A stretch of DNA of 64,000 nt from Candidatus Poseidoniaceae archaeon (GTDB lineage: Archaea; Thermoplasmatota; Poseidoniia; Poseidoniales; Poseidoniaceae), in NCBI GenBank assembly GCA_049623485.1, contig JBMZTB010000001.1, positions 5,387 through 69,386 of the forward strand. Direction: 5' to 3'. Position numbers and translations under genes: made by a program. Within the stretch, counting starts at the first letter, position 1. Each line of letters starts with the position of its first letter. This document shows, one piece after another, positions 47,458-57,929 of this stretch. A model generated the notes under the pieces. It saw only the letters and a program-made list of their open reading frames with translations, ran no database searches and had not been told where the DNA came from.

Positions 47458-47898
47458 ATGCAAAGCACTCCATCTGGACCTACGGTTTCATCGAATATGT
47501 ATCATCCACCCCAGCAAGCAATGATGGGGGGAGGGTTGTTTTCTCTTCATAAATTCTTGATGATCGGCGTCATTCTCATCCTTCTAGCCATTCTCATAAG
47601 CGTTCTTCCAGACTTTGGAGGTGCGCCGAGCGAAATTGATTACGATACATCAGATTCAGGATGGAGTGAAGCATTCGCAAAGGATACAGAATCTTTCAAT
47701 GACTTTGATCGAGTTATGGGAACGATTGCTACTCTCTTGGGGAGTGGAGGTGTTGCACTGATAGGATATGCATTTGTTCGTGAAGCTTATGATGAAGACA
47801 CGACAACTCCAGCACTTAGAATCACTCTCTTGATTCTTGGAGCAGTCATGCTGCTTCAACTTCTTGGTTCAGGATTTGACGTGAGTGCATCACTTTGA
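47458..47898 (+). CDS. hypothetical three-TM membrane protein
   Basis: 146-aa ORF with three hydrophobic segments filling the gap between arlJ and nth. Confidence 0.65.
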   Translation: MQSTPSGPTVSSNMYHPPQQAMMGGGLFSLHKFLMIGVILILLAILISVLPDFGGAPSEIDYDTSDSGWSEAFAKDTESFNDFDRVMGTIATLLGSGGVALIGYAFVREAYDEDTTTPALRITLLILGAVMLLQLLGSGFDVSASL

Positions 47899-48567
47899 GC
47901 GGCGACTCTTTGTGCGATTTTTCGTCTCTTCTTCTGCAATCCTCTTCTTTGTAGCCGCCCATGAACATATTGGGCATGTTGTCAGATCATGGAAGCGTGC
48001 CGGACAGTATTCTCTTCCAAAGAAAATAATCTGTAGGTGTAAATCATTCCAAGCCTGTTTAGGAAAAACTGCTTTGAGGTCTTTTTCAGTCCGTTCGACA
48101 TTGCTCCCGTTTGATAGACCCCAACGAGCAGCGAGTCGATGAATGTGAGTATCGATAGGGAATGCAGGTATCCCAAAGGCCTGAGCAAGTACCACTCCAG
48201 CAGTTTTATGACCAACTCCAGGCAATGCCTCAAGTTCTTCGAATGTATTTGGGATGATGCCATTATGACGTTCGATCAGGAGTTCAGATAAACGTTTGAT
48301 GTTCTTCGCTTTTGTTGGAGCAAGTCCAACTTGTTTGATAAGTGTCTGAATCTCTTCAACATCCAATGAAGCCATCTTTTCTGGAGTTGGCCCTCGCTTA
48401 AACAGTTCAGGAGTCACCTCGTTGACTTTCAAATCAGTTGTTTGTGCACTCATGAGAACTGCGACAAGGAGTTGAAATGAGTTCTCATGATCGAGAGGTA
48501 CTGGCGTTTCAGGGTACAACTTTTCAAGCATCTTCTGAATGCGCTCTGCTTTGTCACTTCGCTTCAT
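47890..48567 (-). CDS. nth: endonuclease III
   Basis: LVAVLMSAQTTD, LPGVGHKTA, IDTHIHR, GREYCPAR...CPIC. Confidence 0.96.
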   Translation of the reverse strand: MKRSDKAERIQKMLEKLYPETPVPLDHENSFQLLVAVLMSAQTTDLKVNEVTPELFKRGPTPEKMASLDVEEIQTLIKQVGLAPTKAKNIKRLSELLIERHNGIIPNTFEELEALPGVGHKTAGVVLAQAFGIPAFPIDTHIHRLAARWGLSNGSNVERTEKDLKAVFPKQAWNDLHLQIIFFGREYCPARFHDLTTCPICSWAATKKRIAEEETKNRTKSRRSK

Positions 48568-48578
48568 AATGAAGCCAC

Positions 48579-48785
48579 CTATTCAGCGTATTCAGACCCT
48601 GTGACCCAGCCAAAGAAGATTCCAGAACTAATGCTTGCTAAGGGGATGAGATTACAGGCGAATATTTCGATGAATGGAGCCTCACCGTCTTGGGGTTGGC
48701 CGAGAAGATACCAAACAAGGAGCCCAAGGAAGAGTCCAGGGATTACCATGAGTCCTCCTATGATGAGTGTCCGTGTTAGTCGCAT
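48579..48785 (-). CDS. small two-TM hypothetical protein
   Basis: MRLTRTLIIGGLMVIPGLFLGLLVWYLLG...; SD-like ggtggag upstream; lies between polX and nth on the same strand. Confidence 0.6.
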   Translation of the reverse strand: MRLTRTLIIGGLMVIPGLFLGLLVWYLLGQPQDGEAPFIEIFACNLIPLASISSGIFFGWVTGSEYAE

Positions 48786-48822
48786 ATACTCACCACCTGC
48801 TACTGATTCATGAACTATTGCT

Positions 48823-50766
48823 TCACTGTAGGGCAAGTTGTTGAGCCAATGAGGCTCCACTCATGGTATTGATGACATCGTCATCTTCCAGCCATCCTTT
48901 ACGTGCAGTCATGACTCCATATTGAATATCGGCCAATCCTCTGGTCGAGTGGGCATCAGGGCTGATCGCAACAGGAACTCCAGAAATCTTAGCGTACTTA
49001 CAGAGTCTGTAATCAATATCCAATCTGTATGGACTTGCATTCAACTCAATCGCCTTGAATTTTCCATCTTGTATGTGTTCTGCCATGGCATCAATAATGC
49101 GGTATACGTCCACTTCATATCCTTCCCGACCTTGTAAAATCCGACCAGTTGGATGACCAATGATCGTCGTTGCAGGATGTTCGAGTACCTTGAGTAACTC
49201 TTCCGTGTTCTCATTCTCATCTCGACCTCTCCATTTGGTCATAGCATGAACAGAAGCAACAACATAATCCAGTTCCTTGAGCACATCATCTGGATGGTCT
49301 AACTTTCCACCTGCTAAAATATCAGATTCAACTCCGTGAAAGAGTCGGAAATCAACACCATCATCGGCCCACTTCTGATTGTATTTCTTGATGGTTTGGC
49401 CCTGCTCAAGAAGACGATCAGCAGGTGCCCCATTTGCAATTTTTAGAGTCGGTGAATGATCTGCAATTCCAAGCCAATTCCATCCTAGCGATTGCGCAGC
49501 ATCGGCCATTTGTTCTAATGTGGCTTCTCCATCTGAGACCACTGTATGGTTATGCAAGGCTCCTTTTATTGAAGGCAATTCAAGCAGATGAGGCAGTGAT
49601 TGTTGACTTCCTGCATCCATCTCTCCCATGTCTTCTCGTAACTCTGGTGCAACCCATTGCATCTCAAGATGTGCATAGATGTCTTCTTCAGTCATAGCAT
49701 GAAGTGAAAATTGAGCGGCCTCGATTCCTTTGAGCTCTCCCGCTTTCTGTTCTGGGATTAAACCAAATTCATTGAGACGTAATCCTCGATCAATCGCACG
49801 TTGGCGCATCGCTATATTGTGTTCTTTACTTCCTGTAAAGTATGCCAGAGTGAACGAAAACATTTCTGGAGGGACCAATCGAACTTGGGCATCGATGGTT
49901 CCAGCACTTTCCAACTGTTCGTAATCATCACCGCCAATCGCTTCCAAAACATTTGCATCAATATGGCCTATTGAAAAGCCATCCTCGAAAATACTGGCTT
50001 CGAGAATAAGACTTATCTTCGAATCTCCTGCACCTTTGACATCAGCAATACCGTGCAGGGCCAGGATTGCATTTGCAACCTCTTCATGCTGGTCTGGTTT
50101 GACTCCTACGACGATATCAAGATCGCCAATAGTTTCCTTTCTTCGGCGAGCGCTGCCTGCAAGTTGAACGCGTTCAACACCGGGTATCTCTCTGATTCGT
50201 TGTTCAAACGCTGTTCCATATTTCAAGCCAATATCAAGACGGCGACGTGCTCGAAAGCGTGACAGCAGTTCGATTCCATCGAGCATACGTTGTTCTGTTT
50301 TCTTGCCAAATCCTTTCATTGGTGCAATAAGGCCTTCTTCAGCAACTTCTTTCAATTTAGCAATTGAATCAACTCCGAGTTCTTCATGCATTAATTTGAT
50401 CCGTTTTGGACCCAAACCAGGAATGCCAAGCATTTCGATGAGTCCATGAGGTGTATCGTTGTGTAGACGATGCCAATCTTCGGGCCATTCGCCTTCAAGT
50501 ATTGCTTGAGAGAGGGCTGAACCAAGTCCTTTTCCAATCCCTTTCATCTCAAACAATCTGCCTGTGATGACGAGTTCATGCAAATCTTCTGTCAATGTGC
50601 CAAGGAGTCGGCTGCCGTTTTGATAAGACCGTACTCTGAAGACATTTGCTCCTTGTAATTCTAACAAGACAGCAACTTGATGCAAAACTCCAGCAACCTG
50701 ATTTCTTGAAAAGAACGGTGGGCCGTTTGGTCTCGCTTTCGGTAATTTGAATCCATTCCCTGCCAT
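48823..50766 (-). CDS. polX: family X DNA polymerase with a C-terminal PHP exonuclease domain
   Basis: NVFRVRSY, GIGKG and GLGPK HhH motifs, AGSARR..ETIGDLD, YFTGSKEHN, PELRED; PHP motifs HNHT, DHS, GVE, SVH, HPTGR, DAH. ORF opens at 50817. Confidence 0.92.
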   Translation of the reverse strand: MAGNGFKLPKARPNGPPFFSRNQVAGVLHQVAVLLELQGANVFRVRSYQNGSRLLGTLTEDLHELVITGRLFEMKGIGKGLGSALSQAILEGEWPEDWHRLHNDTPHGLIEMLGIPGLGPKRIKLMHEELGVDSIAKLKEVAEEGLIAPMKGFGKKTEQRMLDGIELLSRFRARRRLDIGLKYGTAFEQRIREIPGVERVQLAGSARRRKETIGDLDIVVGVKPDQHEEVANAILALHGIADVKGAGDSKISLILEASIFEDGFSIGHIDANVLEAIGGDDYEQLESAGTIDAQVRLVPPEMFSFTLAYFTGSKEHNIAMRQRAIDRGLRLNEFGLIPEQKAGELKGIEAAQFSLHAMTEEDIYAHLEMQWVAPELREDMGEMDAGSQQSLPHLLELPSIKGALHNHTVVSDGEATLEQMADAAQSLGWNWLGIADHSPTLKIANGAPADRLLEQGQTIKKYNQKWADDGVDFRLFHGVESDILAGGKLDHPDDVLKELDYVVASVHAMTKWRGRDENENTEELLKVLEHPATTIIGHPTGRILQGREGYEVDVYRIIDAMAEHIQDGKFKAIELNASPYRLDIDYRLCKYAKISGVPVAISPDAHSTRGLADIQYGVMTARKGWLEDDDVINTMSGASLAQQLALQ

Positions 50767-50841
50767 AGTCTTCTCATATCCCCACGGGTAAAAAAGGATG
50801 GCAAGTGATTGTTTCAAAAACCCCCGAGGAGTGGAATCATC

Positions 50842-51171
50842 ATGGTCGATGTGGACATCATCTCATTTCTTGTCCAATCGTTTTGTGGAATCTCTGCTTT
50901 CTTGTTTATGTTTGTAGCTACATTTTCACGCTCTGAAAAAGCAGAGTTGGTGGTGCAGAACATCATTTTTACATCTCTTCTTCTCGCTGCAGCATCGCTC
51001 TGGTGGCTTTCTCTTGCAGGTGGTTCTCTTTGGGGATCGAACTATCTTCCAAAGCCTCTTTCCATAGTCTGTGTAGTTCTGGCTATCGCTGCAAGAATGA
51101 ACATCAAAGGCGAGAATGTTTCGTTTGGTGCGAACCCTCACAGTATCGGAAAAAAAACCGAAGAAGAGTGA
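50842..51171 (+). CDS. hypothetical three-TM membrane protein
   Basis: Hydrophobic ORF divergent from polX; gaggag upstream of ATG 50842. Confidence 0.6.
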   Translation: MVDVDIISFLVQSFCGISAFLFMFVATFSRSEKAELVVQNIIFTSLLLAAASLWWLSLAGGSLWGSNYLPKPLSIVCVVLAIAARMNIKGENVSFGANPHSIGKKTEEE

Positions 51172-51489
51172 TTAAACGATTTCGCCAGGTTCTTCGGAAG
51201 TGCCTGCAGCAGCCTCTTTTTCCATCTTCTGATTGATGAAGGTGCGCATGTACTCTGGCAGCTCTCCGTTGATGAAAATAACGTCATTCACTGAGTCGAG
51301 TTTCTTCAAAGAATAGAAAATTTGCATTGCAGTCATTGGAGTTGAGGAACATCCGTTACATCCTCCATCGAGAGAGAGCATGATGTTTCCTCCACTTGTA
51401 TCATGAACAGTTACAACTCCATCGTGAGCATCGAGGACTTCCTGCACAGGTCCAATCTCGGCGAGGACTTCCTCAGCGGTTATGCCCAT
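51172..51489 (-). CDS. NifU/Nfu-family Fe-S carrier
   Basis: I.P....L.AHDG.V, L.GGCNGC.S..MT. Confidence 0.82.
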   Translation of the reverse strand: MGITAEEVLAEIGPVQEVLDAHDGVVTVHDTSGGNIMLSLDGGCNGCSSTPMTAMQIFYSLKKLDSVNDVIFINGELPEYMRTFINQKMEKEAAAGTSEEPGEIV

Positions 51490-51644
51490 GTCTTACCCGA
51501 CGCGTTCCACCTCTTTCAACGATTGGTATCGAATTCACAACTCGGATGAGCGATTAACACTCTAAAACAGGCCATTTGAGCCTCTAAACAGAGGGAACCA
51601 CTTATCAAGGATTCTTTGGTGGCCGCAGATACAGGTGTTCTAAA

Positions 51645-53744
51645 ATGATGGATAATATACCAATGATAGCCGCTGGTGCAGGTCTCGTGGGACTTGTAAT
51701 CGCGTTTGTGCTGTATCAGCAAGTAAACAAAGTAAAAATCGACAACGAAGTTGTTGCAGATATTACTGAGGAAATACAAAAAGGAGCCATGGCGTTCCTC
51801 TTTGCAGAATACAAAGTACTCTCAATCTTCGTCGTCGTTGTCGGTGCAGTTCTTGCATGGTTGAACGATCTCGATACAGCAATCGCATTCTTTGCAGGTG
51901 CAATTGCTTCTGTTCTTGCAGGATTCTCCGGAATGCGTGCAGCAACTTCAGCAAACGGTCGAACTGCTATGGCTGCAAAGAACGACGGTCAAGCAGGTGC
52001 ACTCGCAGTGTCATACAACGGAGGAGCCGTCATGGGTCTTTCAGTTGGTGGACTTGGTTTGCTCGGTATTTCTCTCATTGCATTCTGGCTCAACGCTGGA
52101 GAAACTACTAACGGTGCAATGAATCCAGTCAGCGCTGCTGCAGGATTCGGTATGGGTGCTTCTTCCATTGCCCTCTTCGCTCGTGTTGGTGGCGGTATTT
52201 ACACCAAGGCTGCCGACGTTGGTGCCGACCTGGTCGGTAAAGTCGAAGCAGGTATTCCTGAAGACGATCCTCGTAACCCCGGTGTTATCGCTGACAACGT
52301 CGGAGACAACGTTGGCGACGTCGCAGGAATGGGCGCTGATATCTTCGAATCCTTTGTCGGTTCAATTATCGCTGCAATGATTATCGCAAACGATTTCACT
52401 GGTGATAACACCAGCGACTATGTTCTCCTTCCAATTCTTCTAGGATTCATTGGATACACTGCCTCTATCATCGGTGTTTTCTCAATGACCTTACTCAAGA
52501 ACGGAAAAGACCCAGCAGCAGCCTTGCGAAACACCACGTTCATCGCAGCGATTTTGTTCTGGGCAGGCGGTTACCTCGCTATCCAACAAGGCCTCATCGA
52601 CGTGAAGTATGGCATTATGCACTCCGTTGTTCTGGGAAGCGTAATCGGAATTCTCATCGGACTCGTAACTGAATACTACACTGGGATTGAACCGGTCTTT
52701 GGAATCAAGACAAAAGCAATCCCTCACATTGGTGAAATGTCTAAGACCGGACCTGCGACCAACGCAATCGCAGGATTGTCTGTTGGTATGATGTCCACGT
52801 TTATTCCAGTCGTTCTGATCTCTCTAGGTATTCTTGGAGCCAACGAATTCGGTGGCGAAACATACGGATTGTATTGTATTGCCATGGCTGCAATGGGTAT
52901 GCTTGGAACAGTTGGTGTAACAATGACTGTTGACGCATACGGTCCAGTCGCAGACAACGCAGGTGGAATTGCAGAGATGAGTGGCCTTGGAGACGATGTT
53001 CGTGCAATTACTGACGAACTCGATTCCATCGGAAACACAACCGCTGCAGTCGGAAAAGGATTCGCAATCGGATCTGCTGCACTCACAGCACTCGCTCTCT
53101 TTGCAGCATATACTGCAGCAATCGGTACAGATGCCACAACCGGTGTTTCGTTGCTCAACCTTGAACTCACAGAACCAATGGTCGTTATCGGTCTTTTGAT
53201 CGGTGGTGGACTTCCGTTCGTCGTCGCTGCGATGACCATGACTTCAGTTGGAAAGGCTGCAGGGGACATGGTTGTTGAAATTCGACGTCAATTCAAGGAA
53301 ATCCCTGGGCTTCTCGAAGGCAAGGAAGGCGTTAAGCCAGATTCACAAACTTGTGTTGACATTTCAACCAAGGCTGCACTCCGTGAAATGGTTGGCCCTG
53401 GTGTTGTAGCAATTGTAGCTCCAGTCATTGTGGGATACGCGCTCGGTTGGAACGCTCTTGGCGGTCTTCTCGCTGGTTCTTTGGTTACAGGTGTTCTGAT
53501 GGCGCTCTTCATGGCAAACGCTGGTGGTGCTTGGGACAACGCAAAGAAAGCAATCGAACAAGGTCACATTGAAGGTGCAAAGAAGGGTGATGCAGCTCAC
53601 GATGCAGCAGTTATCGGCGACACAGTCGGTGATCCATTCAAGGACACATCCGGTCCATCATTGAACATTCTCATCAAGTTGATGTCCATCGTTGCAGTCG
53701 TTATGGCTGGAACTGGTAAACTCACTGAGACAGGACTTCTTTGA
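51645..53744 (+). CDS. hppA: membrane pyrophosphatase, K+-dependent type (probably Na+-translocating)
   Basis: [61 protein letters not shown] (Ala marks the K+-dependent type), [15 protein letters not shown]. Confidence 0.97.
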   Translation: MMDNIPMIAAGAGLVGLVIAFVLYQQVNKVKIDNEVVADITEEIQKGAMAFLFAEYKVLSIFVVVVGAVLAWLNDLDTAIAFFAGAIASVLAGFSGMRAATSANGRTAMAAKNDGQAGALAVSYNGGAVMGLSVGGLGLLGISLIAFWLNAGETTNGAMNPVSAAAGFGMGASSIALFARVGGGIYTKAADVGADLVGKVEAGIPEDDPRNPGVIADNVGDNVGDVAGMGADIFESFVGSIIAAMIIANDFTGDNTSDYVLLPILLGFIGYTASIIGVFSMTLLKNGKDPAAALRNTTFIAAILFWAGGYLAIQQGLIDVKYGIMHSVVLGSVIGILIGLVTEYYTGIEPVFGIKTKAIPHIGEMSKTGPATNAIAGLSVGMMSTFIPVVLISLGILGANEFGGETYGLYCIAMAAMGMLGTVGVTMTVDAYGPVADNAGGIAEMSGLGDDVRAITDELDSIGNTTAAVGKGFAIGSAALTALALFAAYTAAIGTDATTGVSLLNLELTEPMVVIGLLIGGGLPFVVAAMTMTSVGKAAGDMVVEIRRQFKEIPGLLEGKEGVKPDSQTCVDISTKAALREMVGPGVVAIVAPVIVGYALGWNALGGLLAGSLVTGVLMALFMANAGGAWDNAKKAIEQGHIEGAKKGDAAHDAAVIGDTVGDPFKDTSGPSLNILIKLMSIVAVVMAGTGKLTETGLL

Positions 53745-53792
53745 TTCTCATCAAAGCGTTAGACTCTTGAGGAAGCGTCTGTACGGCGTTTC

Positions 53793-54764
53793 ATGACTGG
53801 AAGGCTCAAGGCTCCATTTTTGGTCCTGCTTCTCTTGTGTACAAGTGTTCTTGCAGGTTGTGTAAGTGATGCCGATTCTGCTGATGAAAAGGATACTACA
53901 ACCGATGATCAGAAGCAATTACCTGTTTGGGAGATTGGAGACAATTGGCTTTACACATTCATAACACCTCAATTTGGTGAAGACAGTGCACGTCTCGTTG
54001 TTGCTGAGATTGATTCTGATGAGGGAAATTACCAATTAGGAATTTCTTCGGAGCGAGAAGCCCAACGTCATGCTGTCATCAATCACAATCCATTCCTTGG
54101 GCGGATGACCATTGACGGTCTTTCGGTCTATGAGAATGGGGAGCCGCAACAAGTTTTTGCGTTCCCATGGACAATTGATCAACAATGGACGTTTACATTA
54201 TTTGGTCAAGAGTGGACTGCTACAACGGACTCCATAACAAACGGGAACGTCCGTGTTAGTGCAGAATCTGCTGAAGGACATGAGATGGATTACACATTTA
54301 GTGGAAGTAAGAGTTTCTTGGAACGCTTTGTTTGGCGAGATTCAGATGGAGTCATACAATTACGTATGGATCTGAATATCGCTCGTTCAAATTACGAAGG
54401 GGATGTGTTCTTCTATCGGGCAAGAGATCTCATCGATCGGATGTATGAAGAAAATGATCAAGAAATCTACGATACATTCCTCGATGAGGGTCATCCTTCA
54501 GAAGGCGATTGGAACACACTCGTCTGGTACCTTGATGTCGAGATTGCATCGAATGGGCCTGCGTCTGGTTCCTTGACAATGAAAGATCATGCTGGAGCAT
54601 CTCCTCTAACACGAGCATGGGGTTCAGGAGCAACCGAGAAAGGGGCTATTGGAACAATACCGTCCAATTCTGGGGAATATTCCTTGACTGTTACTGTACG
54701 AGGGCCATCTTCCTATATCCATCTACGTGTTGCCGGAGCTCTTGTGTTCCAGTGGACTCTTTGA
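53793..54764 (+). CDS. hypothetical lipoprotein
   Basis: Lipobox VLAGC, acidic linker, PVWEIGDNWLY motif, beta-rich body. Confidence 0.72.
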   Translation: MTGRLKAPFLVLLLLCTSVLAGCVSDADSADEKDTTTDDQKQLPVWEIGDNWLYTFITPQFGEDSARLVVAEIDSDEGNYQLGISSEREAQRHAVINHNPFLGRMTIDGLSVYENGEPQQVFAFPWTIDQQWTFTLFGQEWTATTDSITNGNVRVSAESAEGHEMDYTFSGSKSFLERFVWRDSDGVIQLRMDLNIARSNYEGDVFFYRARDLIDRMYEENDQEIYDTFLDEGHPSEGDWNTLVWYLDVEIASNGPASGSLTMKDHAGASPLTRAWGSGATEKGAIGTIPSNSGEYSLTVTVRGPSSYIHLRVAGALVFQWTL

Positions 54765-54773
54765 GGTGGTTCC

Positions 54774-55376
54774 TTGCCCACGCTTGTCATGATGCATGGT
54801 ATGACAGGTACTGCTGAAATGATGAGGCCATTTGCAGAGAAGATTCTTCCAGAAGGTTGGACCTTGCTTGTACCAGATGCACGCTTTTCCCATCCAACAC
54901 GTGGGAATACGTGGTGGAGGTATGAAGATGAGAATCCAGATGTGACTCGTAGATTACAACTTTCGAGAAGAGAACTCATGGATGTTGACTCTTCATTATC
55001 CCAACTCGAGAAACTTATTGCCGAAGAAGCCCCGCTAGGACCGTTGGTTGTAGGTGGCTTTTCACAGGGAGGTGCGATGGCACAAGAAATGCTGCAACTG
55101 CCTTTGGCGGATCGCATCATCGGACTTGTCGCTCTTGGCACTCGCCTTGTCCGGCCTATGGAATTACGATTACGGCTCGAAGAATTGGATTCAAAGCACA
55201 TGTTTTGGATGCATGGTGTGCGTGACGTCCGTGTTCCAATTGAAGATGGATGGGCAGTAGCCCATTTGTTTGAAGGTGCAGGTTGGCCTGTTGAACTTGT
55301 GGAACATCGTAAGGGGCATATGATTCCAACCGAACACCATGAAATTCTCAAGAACTGGCTTGAGAATCTCGTTTGA
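54774..55376 (+). CDS. phospholipase/carboxylesterase family alpha/beta hydrolase
   Basis: MHG, GFSQGG, HG..D..VP, GH; SD gaggtgg before the TTG start. Confidence 0.88.
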   Translation: MPTLVMMHGMTGTAEMMRPFAEKILPEGWTLLVPDARFSHPTRGNTWWRYEDENPDVTRRLQLSRRELMDVDSSLSQLEKLIAEEAPLGPLVVGGFSQGGAMAQEMLQLPLADRIIGLVALGTRLVRPMELRLRLEELDSKHMFWMHGVRDVRVPIEDGWAVAHLFEGAGWPVELVEHRKGHMIPTEHHEILKNWLENLV

Positions 55377-55649
55377 TTACAATGGATATTTGCTTAACTC
55401 ATCAAAACCGCCAATGAATATACGCTCTTGGCTTCGCAAATCAAAGATCACTGGAACAGTTCGATGATGAGTTGCTTCGACGACCTCTTCTCTCAGTTGT
55501 GATGGCTCGCTGTCAAATGAAATCTCCGTGTAAGGAAGACTTTTCTGGTCAAGGAAACGTTTTGCAGCAGTGCAATATCCACAGAATTTTCCAGTAAATA
55601 CGAGAAATTGACCTTGGTGCTTCTCTAATAGTTCCACAAACATGAGCAT
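55377..55649 (-). CDS. glutaredoxin
   Basis: CGYC, RTVPVIF, FIGGFDEL. Confidence 0.9.
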   Translation of the reverse strand: MLMFVELLEKHQGQFLVFTGKFCGYCTAAKRFLDQKSLPYTEISFDSEPSQLREEVVEATHHRTVPVIFDLRSQERIFIGGFDELSKYPL

Positions 55650-55723
55650 GTCTCATGACCTTCATTCATAAAGTCATGGTTTCACGGCAAATACCAACGC
55701 TTGATATATCTTAGTCACTTAGA

Positions 55724-56230
55724 ATGTCCATGGTTGGTAGCGTGGTCATTCTTGCTGCCTCCTCTGGTAAAAACTACGCTCTGGCTAACAAATTCTCTGA
55801 TTCATTCACTGACAAAGGCGTGAACTCAGTCGTAGTCGACCTAACACAGTTGGACTGGCCTCTTTACACGCCTGAAAATGAAAAGAATCCGAATGTTGTT
55901 CCAGAAATAACCTCATTATCTGATTTAATTTTAGATGCACGGGCCCTCGTTGTTTGTGCCCCTGAATACAACGGTGTCATGCCTCCAGTTCTGAATAACT
56001 GCATCGCTTGGCTCTCTGTCCAAAGCGATGACTTCCGCCTTCTTTTTAACAATAAAACGGTTCTCTTAGCCACTCATAGCGGAGGCGGTGGAGCGCATTG
56101 CCTGATGGCCATGCGGCAACAATTTTCCCACCTTGGTAGCAATGTTATCGGCCGGTCAATGACATTGAATAAATCAAAAGAATTTTCTCAATCAACTATG
56201 GATGATCTCGTGGACAGGGTGATACAATGA
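55724..56230 (+). CDS. NADPH-dependent FMN reductase
   Basis: PLY, APEYNG..PP.L.N...WLS, SGGGG. Confidence 0.9.
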   Translation: MSMVGSVVILAASSGKNYALANKFSDSFTDKGVNSVVVDLTQLDWPLYTPENEKNPNVVPEITSLSDLILDARALVVCAPEYNGVMPPVLNNCIAWLSVQSDDFRLLFNNKTVLLATHSGGGGAHCLMAMRQQFSHLGSNVIGRSMTLNKSKEFSQSTMDDLVDRVIQ

Positions 56231-57069
56231 CAAACAGAACAGTACGAATGACGGCGCCTACTCACAGAACACTCGAAGGAGGAGGCTTTCCAGTACGTAG
56301 GCCTGCTGCAATGGGTTCACTGATGAGCCCTTTCTTGCTTCTGGATGAAATGGGTCCAGTTGAATGGGGACCAAGAGAAGCGATTGGAGCCCCAGATCAT
56401 CCGCACAGGGGGTTTGAAACCGTGACCTATTTGCTTGAAGGCGCCATGCAACACGCAGACAGTGCAGGTAATCGCGGTGATCTCAATCCCGGAGATGTTC
56501 AATGGATGACAGCTGGACGGGGAGTGATTCACTCTGAATTGCCACAGGATGATTTCTTTGAAACCGGAGGTCTCACTCACGGTTTCCAAATTTGGGTCAA
56601 TTTGCCATCCGAACATAAAATGATGGATCCAAGGTATCAAGACATACCCGCACATCAAATTCCAAAGGCTGAGAGTGACGATGGGCAAGTACACGCAGTT
56701 GTTATTGCCGGTGAGGCATTTGGTGTATCAGCAGTTATTGATACAGTCATCCCAATTCAACTCATTCACGTAAAAATGGAGCCAAACAGTTCGTTTACAC
56801 ATTCGATTCAATCCGATCTTAATGTCATGACATATGTATTCGGTGGAAGTCTATCAATTGAAACAAAAACAGTTGAAGATGGTCAATTAGGCATCTTGAC
56901 ACAGGGGGAGAAAATCAACTTCAAAACCAGTGGGCAGGGAGCTGAATTTTTATTGATGGGTGGCCCTGAATTGAATGAGCCAATCGCACGCTATGGTCCG
57001 TTTGTGATGAACACGCGAGAAGAGATACACCAAGCGGTTATTGACTTCCAAAATGGTACGCTTGCCTAG
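56227..57069 (+). CDS. pirin family protein
   Basis: EGGGFPVRR, PFLLLD, HPHRGFETVTY, QWMTAGRGVIHSE, QIWVNLP, YGPFVMNT. Confidence 0.96.
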   Translation: MTNRTVRMTAPTHRTLEGGGFPVRRPAAMGSLMSPFLLLDEMGPVEWGPREAIGAPDHPHRGFETVTYLLEGAMQHADSAGNRGDLNPGDVQWMTAGRGVIHSELPQDDFFETGGLTHGFQIWVNLPSEHKMMDPRYQDIPAHQIPKAESDDGQVHAVVIAGEAFGVSAVIDTVIPIQLIHVKMEPNSSFTHSIQSDLNVMTYVFGGSLSIETKTVEDGQLGILTQGEKINFKTSGQGAEFLLMGGPELNEPIARYGPFVMNTREEIHQAVIDFQNGTLA

Positions 57070-57119
57070 GTCCCACATGGCCAACGGTTATGAACAAGAG
57101 ATTGGTCGGCAGAACATCG

Positions 57120-57197
57120 GCTCGTGTGGTGTAGCCAGGTCCATCATAGTGGGTTTTCATCCCGCCGACCCGGGTTCGAATCCCGGCACGAGCACCA
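57120..57197 (+). tRNA. tRNA-Glu (anticodon TTC) with encoded CCA
   Basis: Acceptor stem gctcgtg/cacgagc, anticodon arm gtggg-ttTTCat-cccgc, T arm ccggg-ttcgaat-cccgg, 3' ACCA; no intron. Confidence 0.95.
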
Positions 57198-57228
57198 AAG
57201 ATGAACTTCGTTCATTTCCACCCAGAAC

Positions 57229-57252
57229 TTTATACATGCCATATATATGGCA
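57229..57252 (+). promoter_or_regulatory. TATA box (TTTATA) followed by a perfect 16-bp palindrome, putative operator
   Basis: tttata at 57229-57234; tgccatatatatggca at 57237-57252 is its own reverse complement; ATG at 57261. Confidence 0.6.
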
Positions 57253-57260
57253 AGCCTATC

Positions 57261-57929
57261 ATGAGCGGCTCTCGTATGCTTGGAATTATGCAAGTAAAGA
57301 TCTCAACAGAACTTGGGGCGGAGAATTCTATTCCAGGTGTCGCATTGCTGGATTTATTTCATTCGGTTGAATTTCTAAAGGAATTCAAAGTGGATAACAA
57401 CCATCCAGTCTATCTTTTGAAATGTGGATTAAAATCTTTAAAAGAGTTCCAAGATTTTTCAAAAAATGAATCTCTTGAGGTTCTCAAAATCTATGAGTTC
57501 AATGATTCATCCGCAATTTTCTCAGCAATAATGACTGGTCCGATTCCTCAAATCATTTCAATGTTTGATGAGGTTTGGCCAACCTCGCCTACTATGCTCA
57601 ATTCTGATGAACTTATACTTACACTGCAAGGCAGCTCCAACGGATTGATGAAAGCTCGCAAACAACTTATCGAATTGTTGGGAGATACCTTCAAGATCAG
57701 TGTAAACAATAATTTCCAGGGTCAATGGGATACTGCTCCAGGACTTCCACGAAGGCGTAAAGAGGTGCTTGAAACCGCTATCGAGATGGGTTACTACAAC
57801 GCACCTCGAAAATGTCGACAAAGAGACATCGCAGATGCAATTGGCCTTAAGCAAGGTACAGTTGCGGAGCACCTACAAATTGCTGAGTCGTTGATTATCA
57901 AGGCTTGGTTCAATCAGGGTAGAACCTAA
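57261..57929 (+). CDS. HTH_10 (bacterio-opsin activator-type) transcriptional regulator
   Basis: C-terminal L..RRKEVLETAIEMGYY..PRKC....IA..IG....TV.EHL..AES; start uncertain (57201/57261/57288). Confidence 0.87.
   Translation: MSGSRMLGIMQVKISTELGAENSIPGVALLDLFHSVEFLKEFKVDNNHPVYLLKCGLKSLKEFQDFSKNESLEVLKIYEFNDSSAIFSAIMTGPIPQIISMFDEVWPTSPTMLNSDELILTLQGSSNGLMKARKQLIELLGDTFKISVNNNFQGQWDTAPGLPRRRKEVLETAIEMGYYNAPRKCRQRDIADAIGLKQGTVAEHLQIAESLIIKAWFNQGRT

Noticed and set aside
55654..55678. Imperfect inverted repeat catgac...gtcatg between grx and the FMN reductase/pirin genes
   Set aside because: Only a 6-bp arm; could easily arise by chance without conservation data.
57041..57370. 109-aa ORF spanning the tRNA
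   Set aside because: Overlaps a clear tRNA-Glu and the HTH gene; spurious.
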